Virus record (IMG/VR): IMGVR_UViG_3300025120_000040
Span: 892 to 64,891 of that record
Source: a virus
Taxonomy: Duplodnaviria; Caudoviricetes
Reading direction: 5' to 3' (one strand)
DNA length: 64,000 nucleotides
Below, in pieces: positions 18,136-28,300 of the stretch. Made by a program: the position numbers and the translations under genes. The notes below the pieces were generated by a model, which had not been told where the DNA came from, made no database searches, and saw nothing but the letters and a program-made list of their open reading frames with translations. Every line of letters starts with the position of its first letter. Position 1 is the stretch's first letter.

Positions 18136-19764
18136 TTATTTAACCCCTATTACACATTCTGTTAATGCTGTTTCTTTGTTGTATTTATCCTTGACCAGTC
18201 TTCCCAGGGTGTTAAAAGCGGTACATTCGTCAATGGCCGCCACTCTGGCTTCTCCATTGCCTGCTGATACCACACGATCCCCTGCTTTACCCGTGCCCTG
18301 TAGTTTGACCATGACACGTCCTTTCAGTGCCACCATCGGGTGCGAGTCGTTGTTGCCCGCCTGTGCATTCATCAAGAACGCTGGTGATTCTGATATCACA
18401 CCAAAAACTGCATCTGACAGTTCGTCCTTGCACTTGGTTATCTCTGCGTGACCACCTAAAATGACCACATCACCTGGCGTAGTCTCACAGTCTGTCTCAT
18501 AACGTTCCGCCAAATCAGCGTACTGAGCCGATGTAGATGTCGCATGCACTATGTTTGCTCTAACATCTACCAACGTTGGTGCTGATAATTCGTTTTCACC
18601 GCCGCCTGACTTGAATGCTGTCCAGGCCCCGCCTGCGTTTCCGTGTATGGTCGTGCCGTCATCTGCGAACGTTTCATCCCATACCCAGTAAAGGTTCTGT
18701 TCAGTCGCACCTGATGTCTCGCCTCTGTTTACCTTTAATCCTGTGAAACTAGGCATGCCTGCGTTGTTGGATATGTTCCTGTTCAATTCTATGATGTTGT
18801 CCTCTACTGACAGCGTTGTTGTGTTCATTATGGTGTTGGTTCCATCAACTGTTATGTCACCCACTCTCAAATGTTCGATCCTTCCTGTTGAACCTGTAAT
18901 TCTGAGTGCTTCTGTTGTGACACCTCCGTCATTTACTGTGAAAATAATATCTTTGTTTGATGTTGTTTGTGCAATGGTGAAATCATCACTTGATAGACTC
19001 ATTGTGATGTCAGATCCTGCACCGATCGTCAACCCTGTGTCATTTAGAACGCCCAATGAACCGGTTGATGTATCGTTGGCGTTTGATCTCAAATAGTTTG
19101 CGGCCGTAACACCACCCAACGCATCTGAGTCTGTGGATGTGCCTCTGAATTTTGCAGACGATACCGAACTTGACAGTTGGATACCTTGTGCCACTGTGGA
19201 AAATCCTGCCGCTATCAAGGCCGCGCCATTTGTTTCCGTAGAACTTGGTGTGAATGCTTGATTTGATACGACACCTACTACAGTGTCATTGGCCACCATT
19301 TTTAATATGGACTTGTTTGTACCTGTATTGTCGTCGACGACCTCACTGGTGAACTGTGTCACTCCAGAGCCTGCAACTGTTGTTGGCCCAATCAGTGTCC
19401 ATGCTGTTCCTGTGTACACATATAATTGTGTGTTTGTTGTGTCGAACCACATGTCTCCCTGCACAGCGTTGGTTGGTGCAGTGGCGGAGTTGGTGGTCGA
19501 ACCTACCGGTTTCCATTTTGATCCTGTGTAGACGTTTATTTGATTGTTTGTCTTGTCGTACCACATTTGACCTTGGACCTTGTTTGCCGGTGTCGTGGTG
19601 TTATTGAAATTCTCCAGTAGTTTTACAAGGTTTTCATTCAACTTCTCTCCGAAACCCGCATAGCCTTTACCTATCAGTGTAAGGTCTGTAGTGGCCGTGT
19701 CGATGGTTCCATCGGCCAGTGTGACCAGCAGTGTTCCAAATGTGTTGTTAATCTTGTATGCCAT
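18136..19764 (-). CDS. tail fibre-like protein with C-terminal intramolecular chaperone-like domain
   Basis: MAY.IN N-terminal domain shared with 21758..23173 and 23204..24643; C-terminal AQYADLAERY...GVIS.SPAFLMN...VALKGRV. Confidence 0.75.
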   Translation of the reverse strand: MAYKINNTFGTLLVTLADGTIDTATTDLTLIGKGYAGFGEKLNENLVKLLENFNNTTTPANKVQGQMWYDKTNNQINVYTGSKWKPVGSTTNSATAPTNAVQGDMWFDTTNTQLYVYTGTAWTLIGPTTVAGSGVTQFTSEVVDDNTGTNKSILKMVANDTVVGVVSNQAFTPSSTETNGAALIAAGFSTVAQGIQLSSSVSSAKFRGTSTDSDALGGVTAANYLRSNANDTSTGSLGVLNDTGLTIGAGSDITMSLSSDDFTIAQTTSNKDIIFTVNDGGVTTEALRITGSTGRIEHLRVGDITVDGTNTIMNTTTLSVEDNIIELNRNISNNAGMPSFTGLKVNRGETSGATEQNLYWVWDETFADDGTTIHGNAGGAWTAFKSGGGENELSAPTLVDVRANIVHATSTSAQYADLAERYETDCETTPGDVVILGGHAEITKCKDELSDAVFGVISESPAFLMNAQAGNNDSHPMVALKGRVMVKLQGTGKAGDRVVSAGNGEARVAAIDECTAFNTLGRLVKDKYNKETALTECVIGVK

Positions 19765-19949
19765 TACTCATCATCCCTTATTGCTGTCAACATGCTAACA
19801 TCTCCTAACAGATCTATGAGTGTCTCTGCCAGTAAAGGTTTGGCAGGATGATTCTTAATGGAATCCCCTAGAGTCTTGATCTCCTCAGCCGTCAATATAT
19901 TATCTATATTGGCATTGATGTAGTCTGCTACTTCTGTCTTCGTGATCAT
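19764..19949 (-). CDS. small hypothetical protein
   Basis: 61-aa ORF coupled to both neighbours; similar to 19949..20176. Confidence 0.6.
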   Translation of the reverse strand: MITKTEVADYINANIDNILTAEEIKTLGDSIKNHPAKPLLAETLIDLLGDVSMLTAIRDDE

Positions 19950-20176
19950 TAGTTATTGTCCCCGTTCTTGGCTATATTTTTCACCATTACTGTTTCGCCA
20001 ACAAGTTTCACAAGTATTTTCGCTATGTCTGGTGTTACCCAGTTGACCATTAGTCCTAACCTAGTAGCATTGTACCCTTCTGTCGCAGGCTCTTCCCAAT
20101 ATTTTACAAAGGCATCGTTTCCACCTTTTTGCCACTGGCTATCTATGTATTCTGTTACTTGTTCTTTGGTTGCCAT
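19949..20176 (-). CDS. small hypothetical protein
   Basis: ORF track 19949..20257; ATG 20176 (MATKEQVTEYI) lies just after TTAAATA. Confidence 0.6.
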   Translation of the reverse strand: MATKEQVTEYIDSQWQKGGNDAFVKYWEEPATEGYNATRLGLMVNWVTPDIAKILVKLVGETVMVKNIAKNGDNN

Positions 20177-20184
20177 ACTTGTAT

Positions 20185-21753
20185 TTAATAGTCCTTTAAC
20201 AATGTTTCGTACTTGCTTTTTACAAAAGGTTTTGCCATAAAACCCACCACAGCACACAGTGATTCACCTATAATTCTCACACATTTACCAAATAGGTTAC
20301 TGTGTTTCCTTGCACCCATCTTGTGTGATATCTCATGTGCCCTTGCTGTAGCAAAAGACAAAGTTGTTGCGATGGCAAATCTGTGCCATAATTTGTTTGA
20401 ATTCTCATGTTTTTCCATCCATTCTACCAAAGGTATTGCCCATAACCAGTATCCAATCTTAACGTTATCGCTGATATTTTGCCTAGTCCATTCGTAGTCA
20501 TTCTGTAGATCATCTAGTTCCAGCAGTCCTCTGGCATGGAAGTACGTGCATATCACACGTGGATTGCTTCCACCACCTTTTTCGTTAGCCGATGATGGTC
20601 CGTTCCATACCGCTTCAACTCCACCAATCGTTCCCCAAGACTGACGTCCTCGAGATACTTTTGGAGACGGTGTCCTGTTATCATTGTCACCTCCGGTGTC
20701 AACACCACTAGGTGTGGGAGAAACCGGATTTCCTGCTGTTCCTTCTGACCCTGATGTTAAGTTACCATCGTCGTCACCGAATTCTGAATAATCTATCGAA
20801 AATACTACGTCGTTAGCAAATATAGGTTTCCACACGCCTGATACTTTGGTGTAGGCCGCTGTGATGTTCTTCCATGATCCTGACACTTTATGATAAATCT
20901 GATCGAGTTTCTTCCATTCACCACCCACTTTGTAGTTTGATGCTGACGGTATAGTGAAAATTAATACTGCTCTACCGTTGCCTCCTGACGTTTGTGATGC
21001 ACCTCCTAGTGCCGCACCTGTTGAATAATAACCACTTGACGTTCCACCTGGTGTAATACCTGATCCATTTGCTGATGTTCCTGATGCAGGCACTGTGTCT
21101 GATCCTGCTCTACCACCAAACGCTCCTATGTCTCCCTGGTCTCCAGAACCTCCAGTACCTCCGTCGGTACCACCGCCACCTGCTCCAGCACCACCACCGT
21201 TGTCGGCGTGGCTTGCACCATTCTCTCCCAGTGTTCCTGGTGTTCTTCCCGTGGCGTTGCTTGTGTTAGAACCTGTGCCACCTGTTGATAATCTACCAGC
21301 GCCTCCACCTCCAGCGCCTCCACCTGCTACTGCTATCACTGATTGGGTCACTGAGGCTCCATCGTCGAATACCGTGACTGTTGTGGCTCCTCCGCCACCT
21401 CCGCCTGATCCTGAATCACCGTTTGGTCCTGAAGGACCTCCTGTACCACCTGAGTATCCTGTTAAACTTTTTCCGTTTGGGCCACCTTCTGATCCGGAAC
21501 CTGTTGTACCACCACCGCCACCGCCACCTACTGACACTGAGATGTTCTTCACACCTGCGTATGATGAGACGTCTAAATCTGTTTTTGTTACGTAGTGACC
21601 TGCTGATCCTTGACCGCCGGCTCCTGCCGCGTCTTCACCTCCGCCACCGCCGGCTCCTGCCCAAAGATGCATTGTGAGAGTTGTTGTGCCTGCCGGAATT
21701 TCTGCTATCCTGACTCCGCCTTCGTATGTGAAAGTCTTAGTGATTATGGCCAT
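20185..21753 (-). CDS. glycine-rich virion/fibre protein with a distinct helical C-terminal domain
   Basis: WAGAGGGGG and VGGGGGGG glycine-rich domain; KVxGxWK repeats; C-terminal VICTYFH...GYWLWAIPLV. Confidence 0.75.
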   Translation of the reverse strand: MAIITKTFTYEGGVRIAEIPAGTTTLTMHLWAGAGGGGGEDAAGAGGQGSAGHYVTKTDLDVSSYAGVKNISVSVGGGGGGGTTGSGSEGGPNGKSLTGYSGGTGGPSGPNGDSGSGGGGGGATTVTVFDDGASVTQSVIAVAGGGAGGGGAGRLSTGGTGSNTSNATGRTPGTLGENGASHADNGGGAGAGGGGTDGGTGGSGDQGDIGAFGGRAGSDTVPASGTSANGSGITPGGTSSGYYSTGAALGGASQTSGGNGRAVLIFTIPSASNYKVGGEWKKLDQIYHKVSGSWKNITAAYTKVSGVWKPIFANDVVFSIDYSEFGDDDGNLTSGSEGTAGNPVSPTPSGVDTGGDNDNRTPSPKVSRGRQSWGTIGGVEAVWNGPSSANEKGGGSNPRVICTYFHARGLLELDDLQNDYEWTRQNISDNVKIGYWLWAIPLVEWMEKHENSNKLWHRFAIATTLSFATARAHEISHKMGARKHSNLFGKCVRIIGESLCAVVGFMAKPFVKSKYETLLKDY

Positions 21754-21757
21754 GGGA

Positions 21758-23173
21758 TTACGCCTCCCTTACGAACCAGAAGTCTCCGTCAGCACCGTCA
21801 CCACCTGTTGGTGCGGATGTCGAAACTGTTTTTGCAGATCCACCCCATTCATTGCTTAGGGTAGCAACTGCACCTATCGTTGGTACGCCTAGGTTTGATG
21901 TGTCCGTGTATGTTATAGATCCAACGGCACCTAGTGTCATTGAAGTTGCTTTAACATTTCCGCCTGCTGTTGTTTTTAAAACTTTTCCTTTGTTTGCATC
22001 GCCGTCTTCCACTGCATCTGCCAATCTTATAACCTGTGAATATGACGCACCATGGCCTGCTGACCAGAAGTTCTCTGAAACATCATAAAATATTCTAGCA
22101 TCATCTGAATCACCTGTCTCTACTATAAGTCCTGCGTCTGCCTCCGAGTTGCCTGTATTCACTTTTATGAAAGCATCATCGTATGTTGATACATTCGAAA
22201 CTGAACTGTTGTATTCGCCTGATATGCTCAAGTTACCTGTTATTGCTACATCACCTGTCAAAGTTATGCCACCCGTTGCTCCAACTAGTTGTATTGGAGT
22301 CTTTGTAGCACCACCGTCGTTTACTGTGAATTTTAAATCTTTGTCTTCTGATGTCTGTGCAACTGTCACGTCGTTGCTTGAAATTGTTATTGACAGTTCC
22401 TGTGCATCACCTATGATCACACCACCATCTGCATCAACTGTAAGTGCACCTGTTGTTGTGTCTGCCGCGTCTGCCCTTAGGAAGTTTCCGCCTGCTATTA
22501 TTGTTCCCGAAGTGTTAGACGTACCTGACACATCGATTGCTGATGCCTGTGTGCTTGAACCTTCAAACACTCCACCCAATGTTGAGTTAAGCGTTATCCC
22601 TGCCTTGATCGAAGCGAATCCTGTCTGCGATACGCTTGGTGTGAATGTTTCTTTTGAAAGTATTGCTACCCTTGTTGCTCCTGCGTACATTGATGAAACA
22701 ACCTTGTTTCCACCTGAACTTGCTAACGTCTCTATTTTCCAACCTGACTGTGTCTGTCCTGCCGTGAAGGCCGGTCCTATCAACTCCCATTCGTCATTTA
22801 CTTGGTGTGATCTCGAGTCGCCTGTGTAAACGAAGACCTGGTCGTTCGTGGAATCCAACCAAAGGTCACCAACGGAAGGTCCTGCTGGTAGTGAGGCGCT
22901 TGCCTTTGCACCACCTGTTGGTTTGAAACTAGTTCCGTCATAGACTTTGATCTGGTTCGTTGTTGTGTCAAACCATAATTCACCTTTTAGAGGTGCCGAG
23001 GGTGCCGCTGTGGATGCCGCATTTTCTAATAATTTTACTAGATTTTCGTTAAGGCCTTCACCAAAACCTGAATATGATTTACCAAACAACTGCAACGTAG
23101 TGGTATTGTCTACCGTTCCGTCTGTGATCGTTGTTACTACTGTTCCGTCTGTTTTGTTTATTGTGTACGCCAT
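21758..23173 (-). CDS. tail fibre/baseplate-attached structural protein
   Basis: MAYTINKTDG...GKSYSGFGE..NENLVKLLEN...GELWFD; C-terminal GDGADGDFWF. Confidence 0.75.
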   Translation of the reverse strand: MAYTINKTDGTVVTTITDGTVDNTTTLQLFGKSYSGFGEGLNENLVKLLENAASTAAPSAPLKGELWFDTTTNQIKVYDGTSFKPTGGAKASASLPAGPSVGDLWLDSTNDQVFVYTGDSRSHQVNDEWELIGPAFTAGQTQSGWKIETLASSGGNKVVSSMYAGATRVAILSKETFTPSVSQTGFASIKAGITLNSTLGGVFEGSSTQASAIDVSGTSNTSGTIIAGGNFLRADAADTTTGALTVDADGGVIIGDAQELSITISSNDVTVAQTSEDKDLKFTVNDGGATKTPIQLVGATGGITLTGDVAITGNLSISGEYNSSVSNVSTYDDAFIKVNTGNSEADAGLIVETGDSDDARIFYDVSENFWSAGHGASYSQVIRLADAVEDGDANKGKVLKTTAGGNVKATSMTLGAVGSITYTDTSNLGVPTIGAVATLSNEWGGSAKTVSTSAPTGGDGADGDFWFVREA

Positions 23174-23203
23174 TTTGTATATTTATTACGCCCTTACTGG
23201 TTA

Positions 23204-24643
23204 TTAACCTGTGCTTATTTTTAAATCTCCCGAGTCATTCCATAACTGACCAGCATTTGATGGGTCGGAAGTAGGTAAACTACTCAACATGACCACTGCA
23301 CCAGTAACTGTTAGTCCGTCGTTTACAGTAATCTGACTAGAATCTTCTGAACTTATTGTAGATCCTACAAGTTTCATACCACCACCAATAATAACTCCGC
23401 CTGTGCCTGATCCTCCAAGTACTAGATTATCGTTGGATCTGCTGGCGCTTATGTTATTGTCATTGATCGTCACACCCTCTGTCTTTAACTCAGTTGAAGT
23501 GATTGTGTCTATGAAAGCGTTTGCGAATTCTGTACCATCAGCACCTAGGTTGTATGTGCTGTCCGCACTAGGCAGTATGGTCTGTCCTGTCAATGTACCT
23601 GTAAGAGTACCGCCTGTTTTCAGCAAGTTAAGGCTAGCGGATCCAGTGACTGTTCCCGTCACATCACCTGTCACATCACCTGTCACATTACCTACTACAG
23701 CACCCGTGATGGGACCTGTAAATGCTGTGGCATTAACTGTGCCTGACACATCTAATTTTGTTGTGGGCGATGTTGTACCGATACCAACTCTTGATTCTGA
23801 ACCGTCTATGGTCATCACTGTTGTGTTTACACCAGCATCGTTGACCTTGAAAGTTATGTCTGTGTTTGTCACAGTATTTGTTAGGATTGCACCTGAGGAA
23901 TCGACAGTAATAGTCAAGTCACTGTCTGCTCCAACAACAAGTCCCCCGTCATTGGCAATAGTGATTGTGCCCGAAGTTGTGTCGTTGGCGTTTGATCTCA
24001 GGTAGTTCGCGGCCGCAACACCACCTAACGCATCTGCGTCTGTGGCCGTACCTTGGAATTTTGTATCTGCTATAGCAGTTGTAAGTGTGATACCTTTTTT
24101 GATACTTGCAAAACCTGTTATAGAAACTTTTGGAGTAAATGTGTCTTCTGAAACTATTGCAATAAGGTTACCATCATTGTACCATTTTGTTACGTTCTGT
24201 GATGCATCGCTACTGTCCAATATAGTTTCAAAAATAAATCCGTTTGTGGTTCCAGTCGAAGCAGATGGACCAACAAGCACGTTGCTTGATCCGTTGTAGA
24301 AATAAAGTTGTCCTGTGTCTGAGTCTATCCAAAGATCACCCTGTGAAAGTGAACTTGGTGCAGTTGTCTGGTATGGCACGTTTCCGCCTGCAGGTACAAA
24401 TGCTGAACCCGAATAAACTTTCAACTGTGAATTAGTGCTATCATACCAAAGTTGGCCGCTTATTGGTTTTGTTGGTGCTGATGTGTTTGAAAAATTTTCC
24501 AGTAAATGTAAAAAGTTCTCTGCAATCTTCTCACCGTAGCCTGCGTACCCTTTTCCTATTAAGGAAAGATCGGTCTGCGTGTTGATCACGCTATCCTGCA
24601 CAGTGTATGAACCGCTACTTGTCTTGTTTACTGTGTATGCCAT
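23204..24643 (-). CDS. tail fibre/baseplate-attached structural protein
   Basis: Paralogous N-terminal domain; GNVTGDVTGDVTG fibre repeats; C-terminal LPTSDP..AGQLWND. Confidence 0.75.
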   Translation of the reverse strand: MAYTVNKTSSGSYTVQDSVINTQTDLSLIGKGYAGYGEKIAENFLHLLENFSNTSAPTKPISGQLWYDSTNSQLKVYSGSAFVPAGGNVPYQTTAPSSLSQGDLWIDSDTGQLYFYNGSSNVLVGPSASTGTTNGFIFETILDSSDASQNVTKWYNDGNLIAIVSEDTFTPKVSITGFASIKKGITLTTAIADTKFQGTATDADALGGVAAANYLRSNANDTTSGTITIANDGGLVVGADSDLTITVDSSGAILTNTVTNTDITFKVNDAGVNTTVMTIDGSESRVGIGTTSPTTKLDVSGTVNATAFTGPITGAVVGNVTGDVTGDVTGTVTGSASLNLLKTGGTLTGTLTGQTILPSADSTYNLGADGTEFANAFIDTITSTELKTEGVTINDNNISASRSNDNLVLGGSGTGGVIIGGGMKLVGSTISSEDSSQITVNDGLTVTGAVVMLSSLPTSDPSNAGQLWNDSGDLKISTG

Positions 24644-25368
24644 TAGTATCCTGTGTTACCACCTGATGTCGTTCCACTCACTGTGTTCGATGTTGACAGT
24701 GCTGTAGAACTTGTCTCGGTGAAAGTTGTTAAACTTTGAATTCTTAAAGTGTAGTCAATCTGTATTAGTCTGTTAAGTGATTTCTGTACCGGGTGGAATA
24801 TAACATGTGTCAACAGTTTGTTTGTTGTACCGTTCTCTGTTCCTTCCCAGCTCTTTAAACCTAGTTCGTCAAAAACATAATCGCCATTGAAATCAGTTGT
24901 GTTATCGAAGGCCGCCTGTCCTGTTGGCTCACCGTAGTCAAGTGTGCAAGTGACAACGATGTCAGTGTACTTGTTACCCGCTGTGTGTCTCACTTCCATC
25001 TTGTTTCTTGTGGTGTCTTTGTTTGTAGCAGAATTGTCATCTACTACTTTGTAATAAGTCTGGTTGTACAGTGTGGCGTTCGTACCAGTTGAGTTTGGAG
25101 TAAGGTATGTGATTATACCCGTTGGATCAACACTAGTTCCACCGTTGCCCAATGCAATCTCATGTACAAATCCTGTAGATTTATTTGCCAATGAGTTAGC
25201 CAATGCCTGAGACATGTTCTCGTAGTGTATCGCATTTCTCTTGTCTACGATGACCTCACCTGTCTCTGGATCTGAAATCTTTATATGCCCCGTCATCATA
25301 ACACCCGTGTTATCCTGAGGCTTTTTATTCTCTTCTTTTACTTCTGTGGGTTTATTGTTCTGTGTCAT
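24643..25368 (-). CDS. conserved baseplate/tail-associated structural protein
   Basis: GHIKIxDP...NAIHYEN...FDELGL...LLTHVIFHPVQKS; sits between the giant protein and the fibres. Confidence 0.6.
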   Translation of the reverse strand: MTQNNKPTEVKEENKKPQDNTGVMMTGHIKISDPETGEVIVDKRNAIHYENMSQALANSLANKSTGFVHEIALGNGGTSVDPTGIITYLTPNSTGTNATLYNQTYYKVVDDNSATNKDTTRNKMEVRHTAGNKYTDIVVTCTLDYGEPTGQAAFDNTTDFNGDYVFDELGLKSWEGTENGTTNKLLTHVIFHPVQKSLNRLIQIDYTLRIQSLTTFTETSSTALSTSNTVSGTTSGGNTGY

Positions 25369-25377
25369 CTAGTGTAT

Positions 25378-28300
25378 TTATTCAGGTGCGTTTGTTGGTT
25401 CGTTAGCAATGAATTTAGCCTGTTGAGTGTTTGAAGCCTGTAATCCTTTACCATCCGCTGGATTACCATCTAGTGCCGTGTACCATACCTGTCCTCTCTT
25501 GTGTAAGATTTTAACCTGTGTTCCCGATGCTGGCACAGTGCTTAAAGTGACTGCTGTTGTGCTTCCGTCCACAGAGTAGTTAATAGTTGATCCATCCTCG
25601 CTAGTAAGCAACAATCGTTGGCCACCAATGAATATGTCTAACTCACTAGCAGAGGCTGGGGTTTGTGATAGTGCAAACGTCAATGTACTGCCGTCACCTG
25701 TGAAAGTGTTGGTGTGTACTGTGTCCGCATAAGGGATGGTTTGAGTACCAGACGCATCTACCACTTCAGTGCCTGATCCATGCTCCTTAATTCCTGTACC
25801 AAGTGTTCCACGTCTTAATTGTCCCAACGTGTTACTTGATTTTGTAAAATATTCTATTCTCTCTTTGTCTATGAAAATGACACCTGGAGTGTTTGAAGAA
25901 GCATCTGGTATTGGTAAAACACTTTCGTCTTCCACAGTTATGGTCTGTGTTCCTGCTGTCATATCTACAGTTAATTTTGTTGTTGACGTTTTACTAATAC
26001 GTTTGTAGAACGTCCTGTTCATCATATCTTTGAATATCCTGAATCCTGTGGACCCTGTCGCTGATTCAAGTGCAAAGTACATGACATCTAATCTATCCGA
26101 TGATGTGATAGTCTTGCCCGAAACTGTTATCGTGTTGCCACTTGCTACATAATCTGTTCCTTGTATCAATTGCTCACCATTCAACCAAACAAAAGTGTAT
26201 CCTGCATGTAACACATCGAATCTAAGTTTGAATACTCCGCCTGTTCTGCCTTCCAACACTTCTCTTCTCTGTTTCATGCCCAACGCATTATTGAACGTTG
26301 TTACACTGATGATGTCATTTGCAGTCAAACTGTAAGGAGATGTTATCGCACTTGGTACCAATACTACGTCGTTACCTGAGTTGAAGTACTGATGATCTAC
26401 CAATGTCGATATACAGATTACATCTGTTGTTGTTGGAACAGATGCACTTACGAATTCTATGTTGTTGTTTCCTACATCAACTGTGTAATGTGTGTTCAAA
26501 TCTTTCTTGGTTCCGTTGACATAAACTTCAACCTGGCTTGCACTTGAAATTGTTTTGGCTGGATCAACAGTAGAGTCATCGCCTAGTCCTGATACCACAC
26601 CATATGTGTAAGTGCTTCCGTCACCAACATAGTAGGTGTTGTCTGGTCCACGTAGTACCCTTCCGTTCACTTCAACCGTTGTCAATCCTGAGAATGGTCC
26701 TATCGCACCAGGTGGATATGTCAACGTGTGTCTGTTAGTCGAACCATCATATGTTATTGATTCATTTCTCACACTGGCATAACTCCTTGTCGATGTTGCT
26801 GACTTGTTGAAACCTGCTATCTGTATGTAAGAACTTGCGGCAGGAGCCGAGTCAAACACAACTGTAATCGTATTAGCAGTAGTGGTTGTTGCGTATGCTG
26901 TTGTAGGCACGCCATCCACTGTAACATATAAGTCAGATGATGTTGAATCTAGATTGAACTCACCTCTTGTAGAAGTCAAGAACGTAGTGGTACTATCATC
27001 TCCAGTGAAAGTGTTCAATACTCTGTAGTTCTCACCTGAAATGGCAAATACCTTGGTTGATATTGTGCTGTGATTGGCAGGTGCTGTGTCGAATGTAATT
27101 GTTTTATTTGCAACATCAATTGTGTAATCAGATACTGTTGAATCTAATGCACTACCTTTCTGCACCACGCCATTGACTGCAACAGTCACTGACCCTAGTG
27201 TGCCAGGATAGTCTCCTATGCTGAATGATGTTGTGCTTCCGTTACCTCTGTGATTCATCTCACTTATAAATGGCACACCAGACTCTGGTGATGTGTAAAC
27301 TTTTATGTCTAACGTGTCAAACAACTGGCCAGGTACTACCTCTTCTGGTGCATAACTTGTGTCCGGAGAAATAAAATCATCTCCCTCTAATAAGATATCA
27401 CTAGGTGCGTGTCCCAGTGCTGATGTGAATAGACCACCTTTAACAATTGAATCTAAGGTTCTGTCATCTGTTGGTGTCAACACACCATCGTCATCGAACG
27501 GGATGAACTCTACCAAAGCGTTCTCTTCTGGTGTCTCGCTGATTGTGAATGATACTGTAGACCCATCACCTCTGATCACGTCTGACAGTTTTTTCCTTGA
27601 GCTGTCGTCCTGTGTTAGATACACTTGATACACTTCACTACTTGTAGGTGCTGTGTCAAATGTGTACGCCGCTGTAGAGCCATCTGCCCTGAAGGCTTTA
27701 ACTTTTGAATCGCCATAGTTGTCCCAAGAGAAATCATACCAACCCGCTTTGTCCCAACCTGCTTCTTGATTGAATAGTAATCCTGTTACCATTGTTCCGC
27801 CGTAGTCGACTCCTGTCATCACTTGGTCAAGTTCGTTACCTGGCATTCCAGATCCTGGCGTGTAGAAACCCTTTGTTCTGTCCGCCGCGGTAAGTCCGGT
27901 CTCATTGCCGTATATTTTGTATACGCTTCCTATGTTGTCGTCGAAGTCTGTGCTTGACGTAAATGCGTTTGTAACTTTGTAAAGTCCATTGTTGTATCTC
28001 AATAGGTCATTGTAGGCATAGGCTGTTGATGCCGCCCAGTCCACAACTCTAGAGGTGCTTGATACCCTGTCAAATTTGATCGTTGTATCAAAGTCTCTGA
28101 CCAAGTCGTTGTTTAAGTTAGCATATGCTTTAGCAGTGTCTGTTGGTGTTGTACCATCTGTCTTACCGCCCGATAACACAACTGTTGGTGTTGCAGTGTA
28201 ATTTGCACCAATACCTGTCACCGTAATTTTTGTTACTGCACCGTCTTGTATAATTGCTGTTGCTGTAGCGGCCGTTGTTGTCGGTGTCACATACATCTTG

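Noticed and set aside
18136-24643. Diversity-generating retroelement or invertible fibre cassette
   Set aside because: No reverse transcriptase or invertase; the repeat differences are mostly synonymous and not adenine-specific.
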